A DNA stretch of 35,567 nucleotides from Octopus sinensis (lineage: Eukaryota), in contig NW_021828092.1 of the NCBI RefSeq assembly GCF_006345805.1, positions 1 to 35,567 on the forward strand, written 5' to 3'. Both the position numbers and the translations under genes were made by a program. How positions within the stretch are numbered: position 1 is the first letter of the stretch; the number at the start of each line of letters is the position of its first letter. Positions 1-12,059 of this stretch are shown here, piece after piece. The notes below the pieces were generated by a model that searched no databases, was not told the DNA's origin, and worked only from the letters and a program-made list of their open reading frames with translations.

Positions 1-158
1 TAGTGACATATGTAAAGTGTTTTCCTTTTTCATATTGGAAGCCAGTTTACCGCGTCGATTTGACGTGTGATCATCCGTATCGTCATTACGTTATTAAAAC
101 TTAACTAGTTTCTCCTTAAGATATGCAAGTGCATATGTACTAAAGTAATGATATTATA

Positions 159-640
159 GGTGGCGAGTTGGCAGAAACGTTAGCACGCCGGGCGAAATGC
201 TTCGCGCTATTTCGTCTGCCGCGACGTTCTGAGTTCAAATCCCGCCGAGATCAACTTTGCCTTTCATCCTTTCGGGGTCCATTATGTAAGTACCTATTTC
301 TTTATTACCCCCAAGGGCTAAACATAGAGGGGACTAACAAGGACAGACATAGGTATTAAGTCGATTACATCGACCCCAGTGCGTAACCGGTACTTATTTA
401 ATCGACCCCGAAAGGATGAAAGGCAAAGTCGACCTCGGCGGAATTTGAACCCAGAACGTAGCGGCAGACGAAATACGCTACGCATTTCGCCCGGCGTGCT
501 AACGTTTCTTCCAGCTCGCCACCTTCATTATGTAAGTACCAGTTACTCACTGGGGTCGATATAATCGACTTAATCCGTTTGTCTGTCCTTGTTTGTCCTC
601 TCTGTGCTTAGCCCCTTGTGGGTAGTAAAGAAATAGGTAT
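159..640 (+). mobile_element. tRNA-derived SINE family A (A1 tail), full length, interrupted by an antisense copy of itself
   Basis: Head GGTGGCGAGTTGGCAGAAACG with a B-box-like GAGTTCAAAT, central GCCTTTCATCCTTTCGGGGTC, tail GTAAAGAAATAGGTAT. Flanked by TATTATAG at 152-159 and 638-645. The central block resembles Meta/Sauria-type SINE central domains (recalled, not checked). Confidence 0.85.
295..525 (-). mobile_element. SINE family A1, full-length copy nested in the copy above
   Basis: Complete reverse-complement copy flanked by a 15-bp direct repeat CATTATGTAAGTACC (280-294 and 526-540). Confidence 0.9.
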
Positions 641-1007
641 TATAGTAAGACCGTTATTATATATATGTTAGAGAAAGAGAGAGAAGGAGAGAGGGAGAGA
701 GAGGCTCCAGCCTGGCTGCACGGTCTGGTCTGCTAGTAACAAATAAATGTTCGAATTACGCCTTAAAATATTTTCTAAAAGGTTACTCAATCACAATTGA
801 TGGAATACTCGAAGGTTCTGTATTCCTGAAAGATTTTGAGATGATCATAGCTGGATTGCATTAGGACCTAGGTGAGCTCGTTCAGAGCTAACTTCTAGCT
901 AAACAGCACCATGTCCGCTAAGGACCAAAACCACATCCAGTAGCGGCAGCAATAACTTCGCTGTATAGACGTTGTAATTATGGAAAATATGTAATACTAA
1001 AAGTGAA

Positions 1008-1072
1008 GGGGCGTGGCTTAATGATTAGGGTATTCGCCTCACGATCGTAACGTCGTAGGTTCAATACCCGGC
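1008..1072 (+). mobile_element. Degenerate tRNA-like SINE head
   Basis: GCGTGGCTTAATGATTAGG (A-box-like) and GGTTCAATACCCGGC (B-box-like) at tRNA spacing, but no intact cloverleaf. Confidence 0.5.
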
Positions 1073-1507
1073 AATGGGTATTGAACTCATGTATTCTTGT
1101 GTTTGGTGGGCTCTTGTTCTTCTCTATTGTCTTGTCTAATCCGTCACCTTGATAGTACATCTATCGTTCTTCATTGATACGATGTAGCTAGCCATCTACA
1201 TTTGTTCTCCTTGATGGTTCCTATGATGTCGCCTCTCGTATGCTTTAGAATCCAGGCGTCCGATGTCTTTTTTCCAGGACATGAATTTTTATTAACATTG
1301 TAGAAATTCGATTTTGTATTTCGATAAGACTTGTATTTAGCTTAACCTAAATGAAACCGAGGTTTGCAGGAATGGTTCTCTTACCAAGTGGCATTCAGCA
1401 AACACTCCATGTAAATATATTTCAACCCAGCATATATTCACCTCATTAACCAAATTATACAATACTTAAAAACAGTACATCTACAGTAGCAGCAGGTGGA
1501 TTTGCAT

Positions 1508-1575
1508 CCCTTGGGTTTCCCCACAGTGGTCACTCATTTCAGTACTTGCCAACCTCATCAGTGGTAGTAACTTAC
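1508..1575 (-). pseudogene. Degenerate 5S rRNA-like segment (5S pseudogene or SINE3 head)
   Basis: Minus strand AAGTTA...TGGCAAGTACTGAAATGAGTGACCACTGTGGGGAAACC lines up with the 5S box A-IE-box C region (AAGCTAAG...TGGTTAGTACTTGGATGGGAGACCGCCTGGGAATACC). Confidence 0.4.
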
Positions 1576-1771
1576 TAGTTTCTATAACCCGATTGACGTC
1601 ATTTTTGTGTGTATGTGCGTGTGCATGCGCCAGCGTAGGTGTGTTTGCATACATATTTGCGTGTGTGTGTTTGATCCTTCGTATGCACACACATATCTTA
1701 TAAATACATTCCAAATATTTACATAACATAGTTAAACACATATAACAAATATTTGTATAACACACGCATAT

Positions 1772-1773
1772 GA

Positions 1774-1847
<74 letters not shown>

Positions 1848-2248
1848 TGTGTGTGTCTGTCTGTACGTACATAAATATAAGTACCGATACGTTTGTGTAT
1901 ATATATATATATTATGTGTGTATAATATATAATTATATATATATATAGCTATGCATATATATGATACTGTATATAAATATATTATAGTAATATATATATC
2001 TATATTATATATATATATATATATATATGTATATGTTATATATATGTAAAATATGATGTATATTATGTATATATATGTATGTATATATATATATATATAT
2101 ATATCTATATATATATATATATATCTATATATATATATATATATATTATTATATAACATTATATATATTATATATATTATCTATATGTATTGTATGATGT
2201 ATATATATATCTATATATATCTATATATATATATATATATTATATATA
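1772..2248. repeat. Compound (TA)n/(TG)n microsatellite
   Basis: Directly visible. Confidence 0.95.
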
Positions 2249-2479
2249 CGATGGATGGGGGTCTTGAGTGTGTTTGATGTATTACGTACGTACCTATGAG
2301 AGAACGGCGGGGTGAAGCGACGGGCCGATGAGAGAATTTGCGGGGGATGTTTTTTCTAGAACGTTCACTCTAGTACTGCTAATTAATACCAGAGGGACTC
2401 TCCTAATTATAATTCAGCTGCAATAGAGGACATCAGAGATTATTCTTTTCTTTTTGTTTTTTGCTTTTGTTTTATTTTA

Positions 2480-2875
2480 CTTATGTTCACAGGAGAAAAT
2501 GATAAAACGATGGAATGATGGCAAAGAGTTGTAGGGGGAGAGGACGAAATGCATTGCTCAGATGGGCAAATTCGAAGCAAGAGTACTGCTGTTGTAGTAA
2601 TGTTGAAAGGCTTTTTTTTTTTTTTTTCGAAACCTGCTTTAATTATGTTTAGATGGATAGTCGATAAAATACACCAGACTGGGTATAAGGCAGGGTGCCG
2701 TATTTTCGTCTTGCTTGAAACGAAGAAGTGAGTCAGTGTTTGAAGTGAATAAGAAGTTTGAAATGGTTTTTTGAAGTCTCTCGCGAAACACGTAGCAGAT
2801 GTAATTGAAAAAAGTAGCATCTTTTCGTCAACGGCTACTTAAAATGGGCATCACAGTATATGAACATCGTGCTTA
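2480..2875 (-). mobile_element. Possible highly decayed CR1/Jockey-type LINE 3' ORF2 remnant
   Basis: Minus-strand peptides LSTMFIYCDAHF, LLRVSRE, VFYRL, SSTLASNLP and YNSLP recall the post-RT region of CR1-group LINEs. Many stops. Confidence 0.3.
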
Positions 2876-2915
2876 AATAATAATAATAATGATGATAATA
2901 ATAATAATAATGATG

Positions 2916-2995
<80 letters not shown>
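2876..2995. repeat. (AAT)n microsatellite, tail of the adjacent minus-strand SINE A2
   Basis: Directly visible and abuts the GATCCTTTCTACTATAG tail remnant. Confidence 0.9.
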
Positions 2996-2997
<2 letters not shown>

Positions 2998-3394
2998 TCC
3001 TTTCTACTATAGCTACAAGGCCTGAAATTTCGGAGGAGGGGTCTAGTCGCTTACATCGACCTTAGAGCTCAACTGGTACTTATTTTATCGACCCCGAAAA
3101 GATGCAAGGCAAATTCGACCTCGAAGGAATTTGAACTCAGTACGTAAGGACGGATGAAATACCTATTTCTTTACTACTCACAAGGGGCTAAACACAGAGA
3201 GAACAAACAAGGACAGACAAACGGATTAAGTCGATTACATCGACCCCAGTGCGTAACTGGTACTTATTTAATCGACCCCGAAAGGATGACAGGCAAAGTC
3301 GACCTCGGCGGAATTTGAACTCAGAACGTAGCGGCAGACGAAATACCGCTAAGCATTTCGCCCGGCGAGCTAACGTTTCTGCCAGCTCGCCGCT
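2996..3394 (-). mobile_element. SINE family A chimeric dimer (full A1 copy joined to an A2 body and tail)
   Basis: Sense order: complete A1 ending AAATAGGTAT, then the body of an older copy with the A2 tail and (ATT)n. Confidence 0.8.
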
Positions 3395-3442
3395 ATCAAT
3401 AATAATAATGATGATGATGAAGATGATGATGATGACAATGAT

Positions 3443-3481
<39 letters not shown>

Positions 3482-3528
3482 TAATAATAATAAGAATATA
3501 ATATAATAATAAGAAGAAGAAGAAAGAA

Positions 3529-3559
<31 letters not shown>

Positions 3560-3570
3560 AAGAAAGAGAA
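3395..3570. repeat. (AAT)n/(GAT)n/(AAG)n microsatellite
   Basis: Directly visible. Confidence 0.95.
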
Positions 3571-3574
3571 AAAA

Positions 3575-3825
3575 GAATACCCCAAAAGAATTGCAAAAAT
3601 TTCTGAAAGTAGAAAGATCTTGAAATTGGGGTATTCAAGATGTGGGACATGAAAATGAAAGCAATACTAGTAATATTTGGAACATTGGGCTTAATAAAAA
3701 AAGAAAAAGTATGAACAAAAGCGTAGAAACTTTATCTGGACCCTCAACACTACACACTGTCCAAAAACTAGCCCAGCTAAAAACAGCCCACTTTCAACGC
3801 TAGGCGCTATCAATTTAGTAATAAA
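3575..3825 (+). mobile_element. Decayed R4/Dong-type LINE C-terminal (RLE) fragment
   Basis: KDLEIGVFKMWDMKMKAILVIFGTLGLIKK...VQKLAQLKTAH is homologous to the C-terminus of the element at 7347-9803. Confidence 0.7.
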
Positions 3826-3834
3826 ACTATCCAC

Positions 3835-3880
3835 AAGACACACTCTATATAAGACACACTCTATATAAGATACACTCTAT
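3835..3880. repeat. 16-bp tandem repeat x2.9 (AAGACACACTCTATAT)
   Basis: Directly visible just downstream of the LINE relic. Confidence 0.9.
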
Positions 3881-4199
3881 TTAGTATGTATCTAATAAAA
3901 TAAACAACTCCTATAATATGTATTCTATAGGCCAGATACCCAACAGATGCACACAACTCACATTACATACAGATAATTCACATTACAGAGACGACATACA
4001 ATACAAACACTAGTACAACAAAAGACTGCAGCCAAACCCCCATAGCAAAACAAATAGATGCAATACAATACCGGGGGGAATTTGCATTCCATCAACAACA
4101 AAAGAAAGATCACACAAGGTTGCTCACTCCTCAGCAGCACGGCTGTGTAGTAGGTGGTGCAGTGGAAATTTTGTCGAAATTATCAAATGTCGTATCGTA

Positions 4200-4217
4200 T
4201 GATGATGATGGTGGTGG

Positions 4218-4278
<61 letters not shown>

Positions 4279-4359
4279 AATGATGATGATGATGGTGATG
4301 ATGATGATGATAATGATGATGATAATAATAATAATAATAATAATAACAATAACAATAAC

Positions 4360-4412
<53 letters not shown>

Positions 4413-4417
4413 TGATG

Positions 4418-4472
<55 letters not shown>

Positions 4473-4506
4473 TGATGATGATGATGATGATAATAATAAT
4501 AATAAT
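4200..4506. repeat. (GAT)n/(AAT)n microsatellite
   Basis: Directly visible. Confidence 0.95.
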
Positions 4507-5042
4507 GCCCTGATGCAGTACCAGGCAGTGGCTCTCATGGCTTCTGATCTTAACTGATTGGAAATGTTATCATTTACATTGTTTTGTCTTGGCATAAAAA
4601 ATGGGCTACAGCAAATATTCCGCTCAACACCACAGATTTGCTTGTCAGTTGTTTGACCTTAACCAGTTGAGCATGTCCCTCAGTGGCTGTCGATATGTGC
4701 ATCTCTGATCACGAGCAGAAGTATGGGGGAACAGCATATCCATGTCATGAGAGGGATTCTTTGGGGTTTGAATAATTCACCTTTGGAAACATGGGTGTTT
4801 TGTTCAACATCCTTAAACAACCCTTATTCAGGGACCTTTTGAGTGCGATGGGTTACTCGACCAGAAGAAAATTCGGCTCCACCTGCAAAGTCGTGTGCTG
4901 TTTATCTTGATATGAGATCACCATGTCGCGCATATATGGTTGTGATGCATGTGCCTAGTGTACACTTATCAGACGGGTAGTCATGATGGGTATACTGGGC
5001 TTCGTATATTTTACCCCAGTAGCCTGAACTGTTCTCTCACTC
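4507..5042 (+). mobile_element. Family D interspersed element (~540 bp, non-coding), copy 1
   Basis: GCCCTGATGCAG...CTCTCACTC with (AAT)n on both sides. Homologous to 10416-10964 and 15454-16008. Confidence 0.85.
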
Positions 5043-5064
5043 AATAATAATAATAATAATAATG

Positions 5065-5104
<40 letters not shown>

Positions 5105-5290
5105 GGCCTGAAATTCAATGGTTGGTCTCTTCTTGGTAAAATCAGAAACAGAAGGGTTCATCATAGCTGCCCAAGATCAATGCCTATCTACAAGAAACTA
5201 CCAATAAGGAACGGCCATAGCCAAGCATGTTATGTATGTCAACAACAAAGCGAAACCATAACTTACATGGAAACAATGAGAGTGCTTTCA
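5105..5290 (+). mobile_element. Decayed R4/Dong-type LINE internal fragment
   Basis: KSETEGFIIAAQDQCLSTRNY, followed by a C..C...ETI zinc-knuckle remnant. Begins right after (AAT)n. Confidence 0.7.
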
Positions 5291-5399
5291 AGGGAGATAA
5301 TCAGAGAAAGACTTGAAAGTCAACGTAAGATCGTAATACTTCATGTAAACTAAATTAAATATAACAAATAATACAGAATCCTGGTACGGTACTGGATTG

Positions 5400-5562
5400 A
5401 TCCGCAAATCTAATCAATTCGTGCCAGCTACGAGGTCAAACAGCCCTGAACTTTTCTTCCGAATTCATCTAGTGGTTCTTGAGATATCTTGTCCACAGAC
5501 AGACAAACAAAGAAACAAACACGACTGAATACAATACCTCCGCCTTGGCTAAGGCGGTGGTA
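5400..5562 (-). mobile_element. Possible Helentron/DINE-like non-autonomous element end
   Basis: Hairpin CCGCCTT-GGCT-AAGGCGG next to a (GTTT/GTCT)n tract, an arrangement typical of DINE-1/HINE-like elements. Confidence 0.4.
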
Positions 5563-6123
5563 ATAATAATAATAATAATAATCCTTTCTATTATAGACAC
5601 AAGGCTTAGAATTTGTAGGGACAGGGATAGTCCATAACATGAACTCCAGTACTTAACAATGGACAAAACATAATAGTTTTATAAGCACTTCATTATTATT
5701 TTCTGGATTACGTTCTAAGATTGGGGTTGTATCTACTAAAAGGAAAATTCATGTGTAGGAGCCGAAAAAAAAATTAAAAATTAAAATTAAAGGAAATCAG
5801 ATACATGATGAGAACTTCCAGGCAATTATGTGTTTTGAATAGTTATTATTTTCTCCATTTTTTTCCCCTCTATTCTTATCGTCTTCAGTTTTGGTTTAAG
5901 AAATGAGTTTAAGACATTCTATAAGACTTGTGATATAGAATGACTTAAAGGTAGTAATAAAAGTCGACTTCAAAGCAATGGATTTTATCAAGTACAACTG
6001 CACAGAATAATAATTATGCTTTGCCTTTTTTTTTTTAATTTTGTTCTCCTACAGAGAATCTTCGGAGAATTTGGAAGTCTTCCTATCCAGATTTTGGACG
6101 AAATATAATTTTTTCTTCTAGAC

Positions 6124-6125
<2 letters not shown>

Positions 6126-6159
<34 letters not shown>

Positions 6160-6227
6160 CACACACACACACACATACATATATATATAATTTATGTATA
6201 TATATATATAATATATATATATACTAT

Positions 6228-6308
<81 letters not shown>

Positions 6309-6350
6309 GTATGTGTATGTATTTGTATGTATGTATGTATGTATATTTAT
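6126..6350. repeat. (TA)n/(CA)n microsatellite
   Basis: Directly visible. Confidence 0.95.
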
Positions 6351-6588
6351 ATATTCTTATTTGTCTACTTGCATACGCCAAATGTTAACGAGAAATAGTT
6401 GCAACACCCACTGCATGGAAAAAAAATTGAGAATCATGATTATCGCAGATATAAAAAAAATTGTAACAAGAATATTGTACCGCTAGATACACATGTTTGA
6501 AAAGGGAAAAACATTAATGACTTTTCTATCAACAATGTCACTGGCATGAAAAATTCAACGATTTCTTGGCAACAAGGGCAACAACACT

Positions 6589-6589
<1 letters not shown>

Positions 6590-6658
<69 letters not shown>
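6590..6658. repeat. (CT)n(CA)n microsatellite
   Basis: Directly visible. Confidence 0.95.
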
Positions 6659-6659
<1 letters not shown>

Positions 6660-7099
6660 CTACACGCACATCCAAGCTTTCTCTATATGAAGATGATAAA
6701 AATGAAAGTGTAAGACTAGATTCATATTTTGCAAGAAAACTTTTAACCGACGAATTTTAGTAATGCAGCATGGCAGTATTACGTGGCAAAAACAAGCACT
6801 TACTACTTGAAGCCGATTCACAGGCATAAGAAAGAAGGGAGGTAACTAGTCTGTATATTGCCAAAGCCAAATAGGCCTTCGATGTGCAATTTAAATAGCA
6901 TTTAGACACAGCCCTTTGCGGTACATGAAGTGACATTTACATTAGGCGAGGAAATGTATGACATAGTATATACTGTTTTAAAACTAAAAACGAAATGAAA
7001 GAAAAAATTGGTGGACGGAGTCAATCAAGGGATTGATGTATCGACTATTCCTCTGCTCCAAAATTTCAGACCTTGTACATGTAATACAACGGATTATTA

Positions 7100-7306
7100 T
7101 TTGGCAGAATCGTTGGCACGTCAGCCAAAATACTTAGCGGCATTTCGTCCGTCTCTACGTTCTGAGTTCAAATTCCGCCGCGGTCGACTTTACATTTCAC
7201 CTTTTCTGGGTCGATAAAATAAGTACCAGTAGTATACTGGAAGTCGATGCAATCGATTTTTCAGCTCCTCCTAAATTAGTGGCCTTGTACGTAGAGTAGA
7301 GAGGAA

Positions 7307-7346
<40 letters not shown>
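7100..7346 (+). mobile_element. SINE family A2 with (ATT)n tail
   Basis: Family A head, body and central domain, A2 tail GGCCTTGT...AGAGAGGAAT, then (ATT)n at 7308-7346. Confidence 0.8.
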
Positions 7347-9803
7347 GTCATTTACTTTTAATCTGCATGTTTGATGCAATCACTTGCCGGAACACACCCA
7401 GCGCCCTAGGGCAAGTGAAGGTTAAGAGTTGTTGAAATATAGCTGAAAGCTTGGGGAGGGGAAGTAGAGATATATCTCCATGTAATGCAAACACAAACAT
7501 TTACATTGATAGGGTTTTTCTAAGGATGTGGGCAGTACTTGTTAGCACAATCTTTGGATTTCCTTGAGACATGGTTTTCCAGGGATATTGTCTAGGTGTT
7601 TCTGACATCCCTTTTTATCATACCTAGGGCACCTACAATAACAGGAACAGTTTTTGTTTTAAGATTCCACATCCTCTGTATTTCGATTTCCAGGTCCTTA
7701 TATTTACTAAGTTTGTCAAATTCCTTGACAGATACATTTTATCAGTGGGGACGCTTACTTCTATTAGTCTGCAGGTATTTTCTTCCCTGTCTTTCAACAA
7801 TTATGTCTGGTCGATTAGCCTTGATCGTTCTGTCAGTGTTGACTGGAAAATCCCAGAGGATGGTGACATCTTTACCTTCAACAACTGGCTGAGGATGGTG
7901 TTCATACCAGTTAGCAGGAGTGTCGGATTTGTAGTGTTTACATATCTTCCAATGTATATACTGTCCTACCCTATCGTGGCGATTTTTGTATTCGTTTGGT
8001 GTCAGCACAGGACATCCCGAACGAGATGGTCTATTGTTTCGTCAAATGTGTCACAGAATCTGCATTTAGGGTCAGTACCGTTTCGGAGAACGTTAGCCTG
8101 GTAATTTCTGGTAAACAAGCTTTGATCTTGTGCTGCATTATGAAGCCTTCAGTCTCTGCTTTCAATCCAGAGCTCTTCAGCCACTGATGGGTTGTTGCTT
8201 GGTCTACATCAGCATTTTGGCTTCGGAGAATATATTGTCCATGCAGGGGCTTCTGGCTCCACCGCCTCTCAATTTGATTCTGCCCGTTCTTTTTGCAGTC
8301 TGCTTGATTCGCTTTGCTTGCTTGGTAGCAGTGGTTTCCGGCTCTTCATCTGATTCAAGGTTAACGTCTAGTTCCCTTTCGAACTTATAAGCTTCCTTGA
8401 CAATAGAATGCAGCTTTTTGCTGCTTTCGTGTTCGCACACAAGTCGCAGCATCCAGTCCTTTGTACTAGATAGGTACCTGTTCATTCCTACAGTAGAGGT
8501 CTTATAGCACAGCTCTAATTGCATCATTCCTCTCCCCCCGCTGCTTCTAGGTAGGTACAAGCGGTCTACATCTGCCTTAGGGTGGTGCATGCTCTTGGAT
8601 GTCAGTAACTTTCTTGTCTTCCTGTCCAAGCGTTGGAGTTCCGTAAGGTTCCAGTTAATGATGTTAAAACTGTACGGACTACTGGAAGTGCCAGGGTGTT
8701 AATGGCCTCAATGCAATTTTTGGAGTTGAGTTCAGTCTTCAGTACAAGCCTTATTCTCTATAGTATCCTTTCTTATTCTTTTCCTTCATAGTAGCATGAT
8801 GTATACCATCTCCTTCGTTGATTCCTAGGTATTTGTAACTTTCTTGTGGGTCAAGTTCCTTGATGGTAGTGTCAATATCTAATTTAACAGAAGCTGTTTG
8901 CCTGAGCTTGCCTCTTACAAAAGTTGCTTTAGCACACTTATCAAGGCCAAAATCCATCCCGATATCATTGCTAAACTCTTTAACAGTTGTTAGCAGCCCT
9001 TCTAGCTCTTGGTCATTCCTGGCAAACAGCTTTAGGTCGTCCATATAGAAAAGGTGGTTTATTAACTTACTAAAAACTTTGTACCCATATCTGGTACTAT
9101 CCAATTCGTTTGAGAGTGGGATCAGTGCCATGCCAAAAAGTAATGGAGAGAGGGAGTCACCTTGAAAGATGCCTCGTTTGATGTTGATGCTATTGGACTG
9201 GCTTCCCATTACTATGGCTTAGAAAGAGACGTGTGTTCCACATGGTCATGCTATTCTCTAAGAATTTTGAGACGACAGGAGAGATCTTGAGTATCCATTT
9301 ATGTGGGGACACTGTCATACGCTTTCCTGTAGTCTATCCATGCCATACTCAGGTTTTTGTTTTGCTCCGGCAATTCTCTACAATCATCTGTTTATGAGCA
9401 ATTGGTCTTTGCACCCATAAGAGTTTCTTTACAACCTTTTTGAGCTTGTGGAAGGATAGAATTTTGTTCAAGGAAAGCGTACATTCTCTCCGTTATTATG
9501 GATGTGAGGATTTTGTAGGTGGTGTTTGAGACATGTTATTGGCCGGTAATTCTTTGGGTTTTTTGTGTCTTCGGTTTTAGGTAATAGGTAGGTGGTTCCT
9601 TCAGTCAGCCAAGCAGGTATTTGCTCTGGGTTCTGAAGACATTCAGACAGAGATGCAGCGAGAGTGTCGTGTACCTCTGTCAAACAATTCAGCCAGAAGT
9701 TAGGGATCCGATCCAGTCCTGGGGTTTTCCATTTATGAGCCTTCCTAAGGACACACCTTAGCTCCTCTATCCTATTGCTTCCCATTCTGTTCTTCAAGTT
9801 CAT
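7347..9803 (-). mobile_element. 5'-truncated, frameshifted R4/Dong-clade non-LTR retrotransposon (RT, CCHC knuckle, restriction-like endonuclease, 3' UTR)
   Basis: RT motifs KTPGLDRIPNFW, NYRPITCL, RGIFQGDSLSPLLF, HLFYMDDLKLF, FGLDKC; LYLPRSSGGRG; knuckle CRFCDTFDETIDH..GC; RHDRV, ILWDF, RPDIIV; ends KIVLTSTAHILRK. Both ends lie in (TAA)n. Confidence 0.93.
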
Positions 9804-9878
9804 TATTTTATTATTATTATTATTATTATTATATTTGTAGTAGTAGTAGTAGTAGTAGTAGTAATAGTAGTAGTAGTG

Positions 9879-9944
<66 letters not shown>
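9804..9944. repeat. (ATT)n/(GTA)n microsatellite
   Basis: Directly visible. Confidence 0.95.
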
Positions 9945-9998
9945 TCATGATTATATAGGACTGAGATAACTCCCCAGAAGTTATACAGAAATAAAAAG

Positions 9999-10272
9999 TA
10001 GAAGAGTGCCATAGCTATCACGTGAAATTGGTTAAACGATATTTCGGAATCGAGCCTGCCTTTCACAGGTACAAAAATTACAAGTCAGTCTACTTCATTT
10101 TTTGTTAGGATTATACTTTTTTTTTTCTGTGTAACTTCTGGAGGAGTTACCTCACTCGTATATCATCTCAGCAAAAAATAGACTGACTTGTAAGTTTTGA
10201 ACCTGTGGAAGGCACACTAGATGCCGAAATATCGTTCAACCAATTTCACATGATAATTATGGCACTCTTCTA
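9999..10272. mobile_element. Inverted-repeat element with ~95-bp arms, each carrying a hammerhead-like motif (Penelope-type terminus)
   Basis: TAGAAGAGTGCCATA...CAAGTCAGTCTA at 9999-~10092 is the reverse complement of ~10179-10272 with scattered mismatches. Confidence 0.75.
10197..10239 (+). ncRNA. Minimal type-I hammerhead-like motif (A6U core)
   Basis: TTGAAC CTGTGGA A GGCA-CACTAGA-TGCC GAAAT AT C GTTCAA: 6-bp stem I, 4-bp stem II, palindromic loopless stem III, AUC triplet. Confidence 0.65.
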
Positions 10273-10300
10273 GTTATTATTATCATTATTATTATTATTA

Positions 10301-10363
<63 letters not shown>

Positions 10364-10415
10364 TTAATTAATTATTATTATGATTATTGTTGTTGTTTAT
10401 TATTATTATATTATT
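10273..10415. repeat. (ATT)n microsatellite
   Basis: Directly visible. Confidence 0.95.
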
Positions 10416-10964
10416 GAGTGAGAGAGTAGTTCATGCCATCAAAGTGACACTGGGGTAAAATATACGAAGCCCAATATACCCATCATGGCTACCCGTCTGA
10501 TAAGGGTACACCAGGCACATGCATCAAACCATATGTGCGCGACATGGTGATCTCATATCAAGATAAACAGCAACATGACCTTGCAGGTGGGGCCCATTAG
10601 AATTTTCTTCAGGTTTGAGTAGCCCATCCCGCTCAAAAGGTCCCTGAATAAGGGTTATTTAAGGATGTTGAAAGAACCACCCATGTTTCCATAGGTGAAT
10701 TATTCAAACCCCAAAGAATCCCTCTCAATACAAGACTATGATGCTCCCCCACTACTTCTGCTCGTGATCAGAGATGCACATATCGTCAGCCACTAACGGA
10801 CATGCTCAACTGGTTAAAGTCAAACAACTGACAAGCTAATTTGTGGTATTGAGCAGAATATTTGCTGTAGCCCATCTTTTATACCAAGACAAAACAATGT
10901 ACATGATAACACTTCCAATCAGTTAAGATCAGAAGCCATGAGAGCCACTGCCTGGTACTGCATC
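10416..10964 (-). mobile_element. Family D element, copy 2
   Basis: Reverse complement of 4507-5042, flanked by (ATT)n. Confidence 0.85.
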
Positions 10965-10989
10965 TATTATTATAATTATAATTATTATT

Positions 10990-11380
10990 AGTATTTACTT
11001 TTAATCTGCATGTTTGATACAATCACTCGCCGAGACGCACCCAGTGTCCTAGAGCGATTGAAGGATAAGAGATATTACAGCATGACTGAAAAGCTTGAGG
11101 AGCGCAAATAGCAGGGACAATGGGACAATGGCGAAATATCTTCATGCAATACAACACAGACATTTAAATTGATAGGGGGTTTTCTGAGGATGTGAGCAGT
11201 ACTTGTCAGCACAATCTTTTGGATTTCTCTGAGACATGGTTCTCCAGAAATACTACCTAGATGTTTCTGACATCTCTTTCTTATCATACCTAGGGCACCC
11301 ACAATAACAGGAACAGTTCTCGTTTTAAGATGCCACATCTTTTGTATTTCAATTCCCAGGTCCTTATGTTTACTTAATTT
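10990..11380 (-). mobile_element. R4/Dong-clade LINE 3'-end fragment
   Basis: MWHLKTRTVPVIVGALGMIRK...IQKIVLTSTAHILRK plus a 3' UTR homologous to 7347-7700. Flanked by (ATT)n-type tracts. Confidence 0.88.
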
Positions 11381-11427
11381 ACCTGATTAGTATTATTAAT
11401 ATTATGATTATTATTATTATTATTATG

Positions 11428-11500
<73 letters not shown>

Positions 11501-12059
11501 AGTAATGCTAATATTTGTTTGTTTGGTTGTAAACATTCATAAAGGCAAAAATAACAGGTGAAAATCATGAGATTTGACGTGCAAATGCATAACTGTGATA
11601 ACTTTCAGAGGTTTCGGCCAGTATAGGCTCAGGCCATGTCTAACTCAATAGCACCACCTGGTGACGTCTTTTAGTCATATATGGGACATCATAGCCCACT
11701 CTAACAAAGAGTTATTATTGTTGGAGACATAGCCAGGTTGGTCCGGGATTTTTTGAAAAAATTTGTCCACTGAACACTTGAATTTTATGGGATCCGTTTC
11801 CGTTTTGATCTATTTTGGTATGATATTAAAGACAACTGGACCGGTTGTGATTAAGTAATTGTGATGTAATGTTCCTATGTGTACCGAGTTCGATTTTTGT
11901 AGTGGTCGGATAGCACGGGGGCCAAGTCTTGGATGGATTTCAAAATTGATGCCAACATCATTTGTAGCACGTATATATTTACAAACATATTCATAAAAAA
12001 TCAATCAACTTCTAGTTAACACGCAATCGTATCCACAAGCATATATGAAAATACCAAGA

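Noticed and set aside
6765-6930. Possible CR1-type RT remnant (QHG... SLYIAKAK*AFDV)
   Set aside because: Too short and decayed to call without a search.
11608-11650. GGCC...GGCCGAAAC stem on the minus strand
   Set aside because: No CUGANGA-like core upstream.
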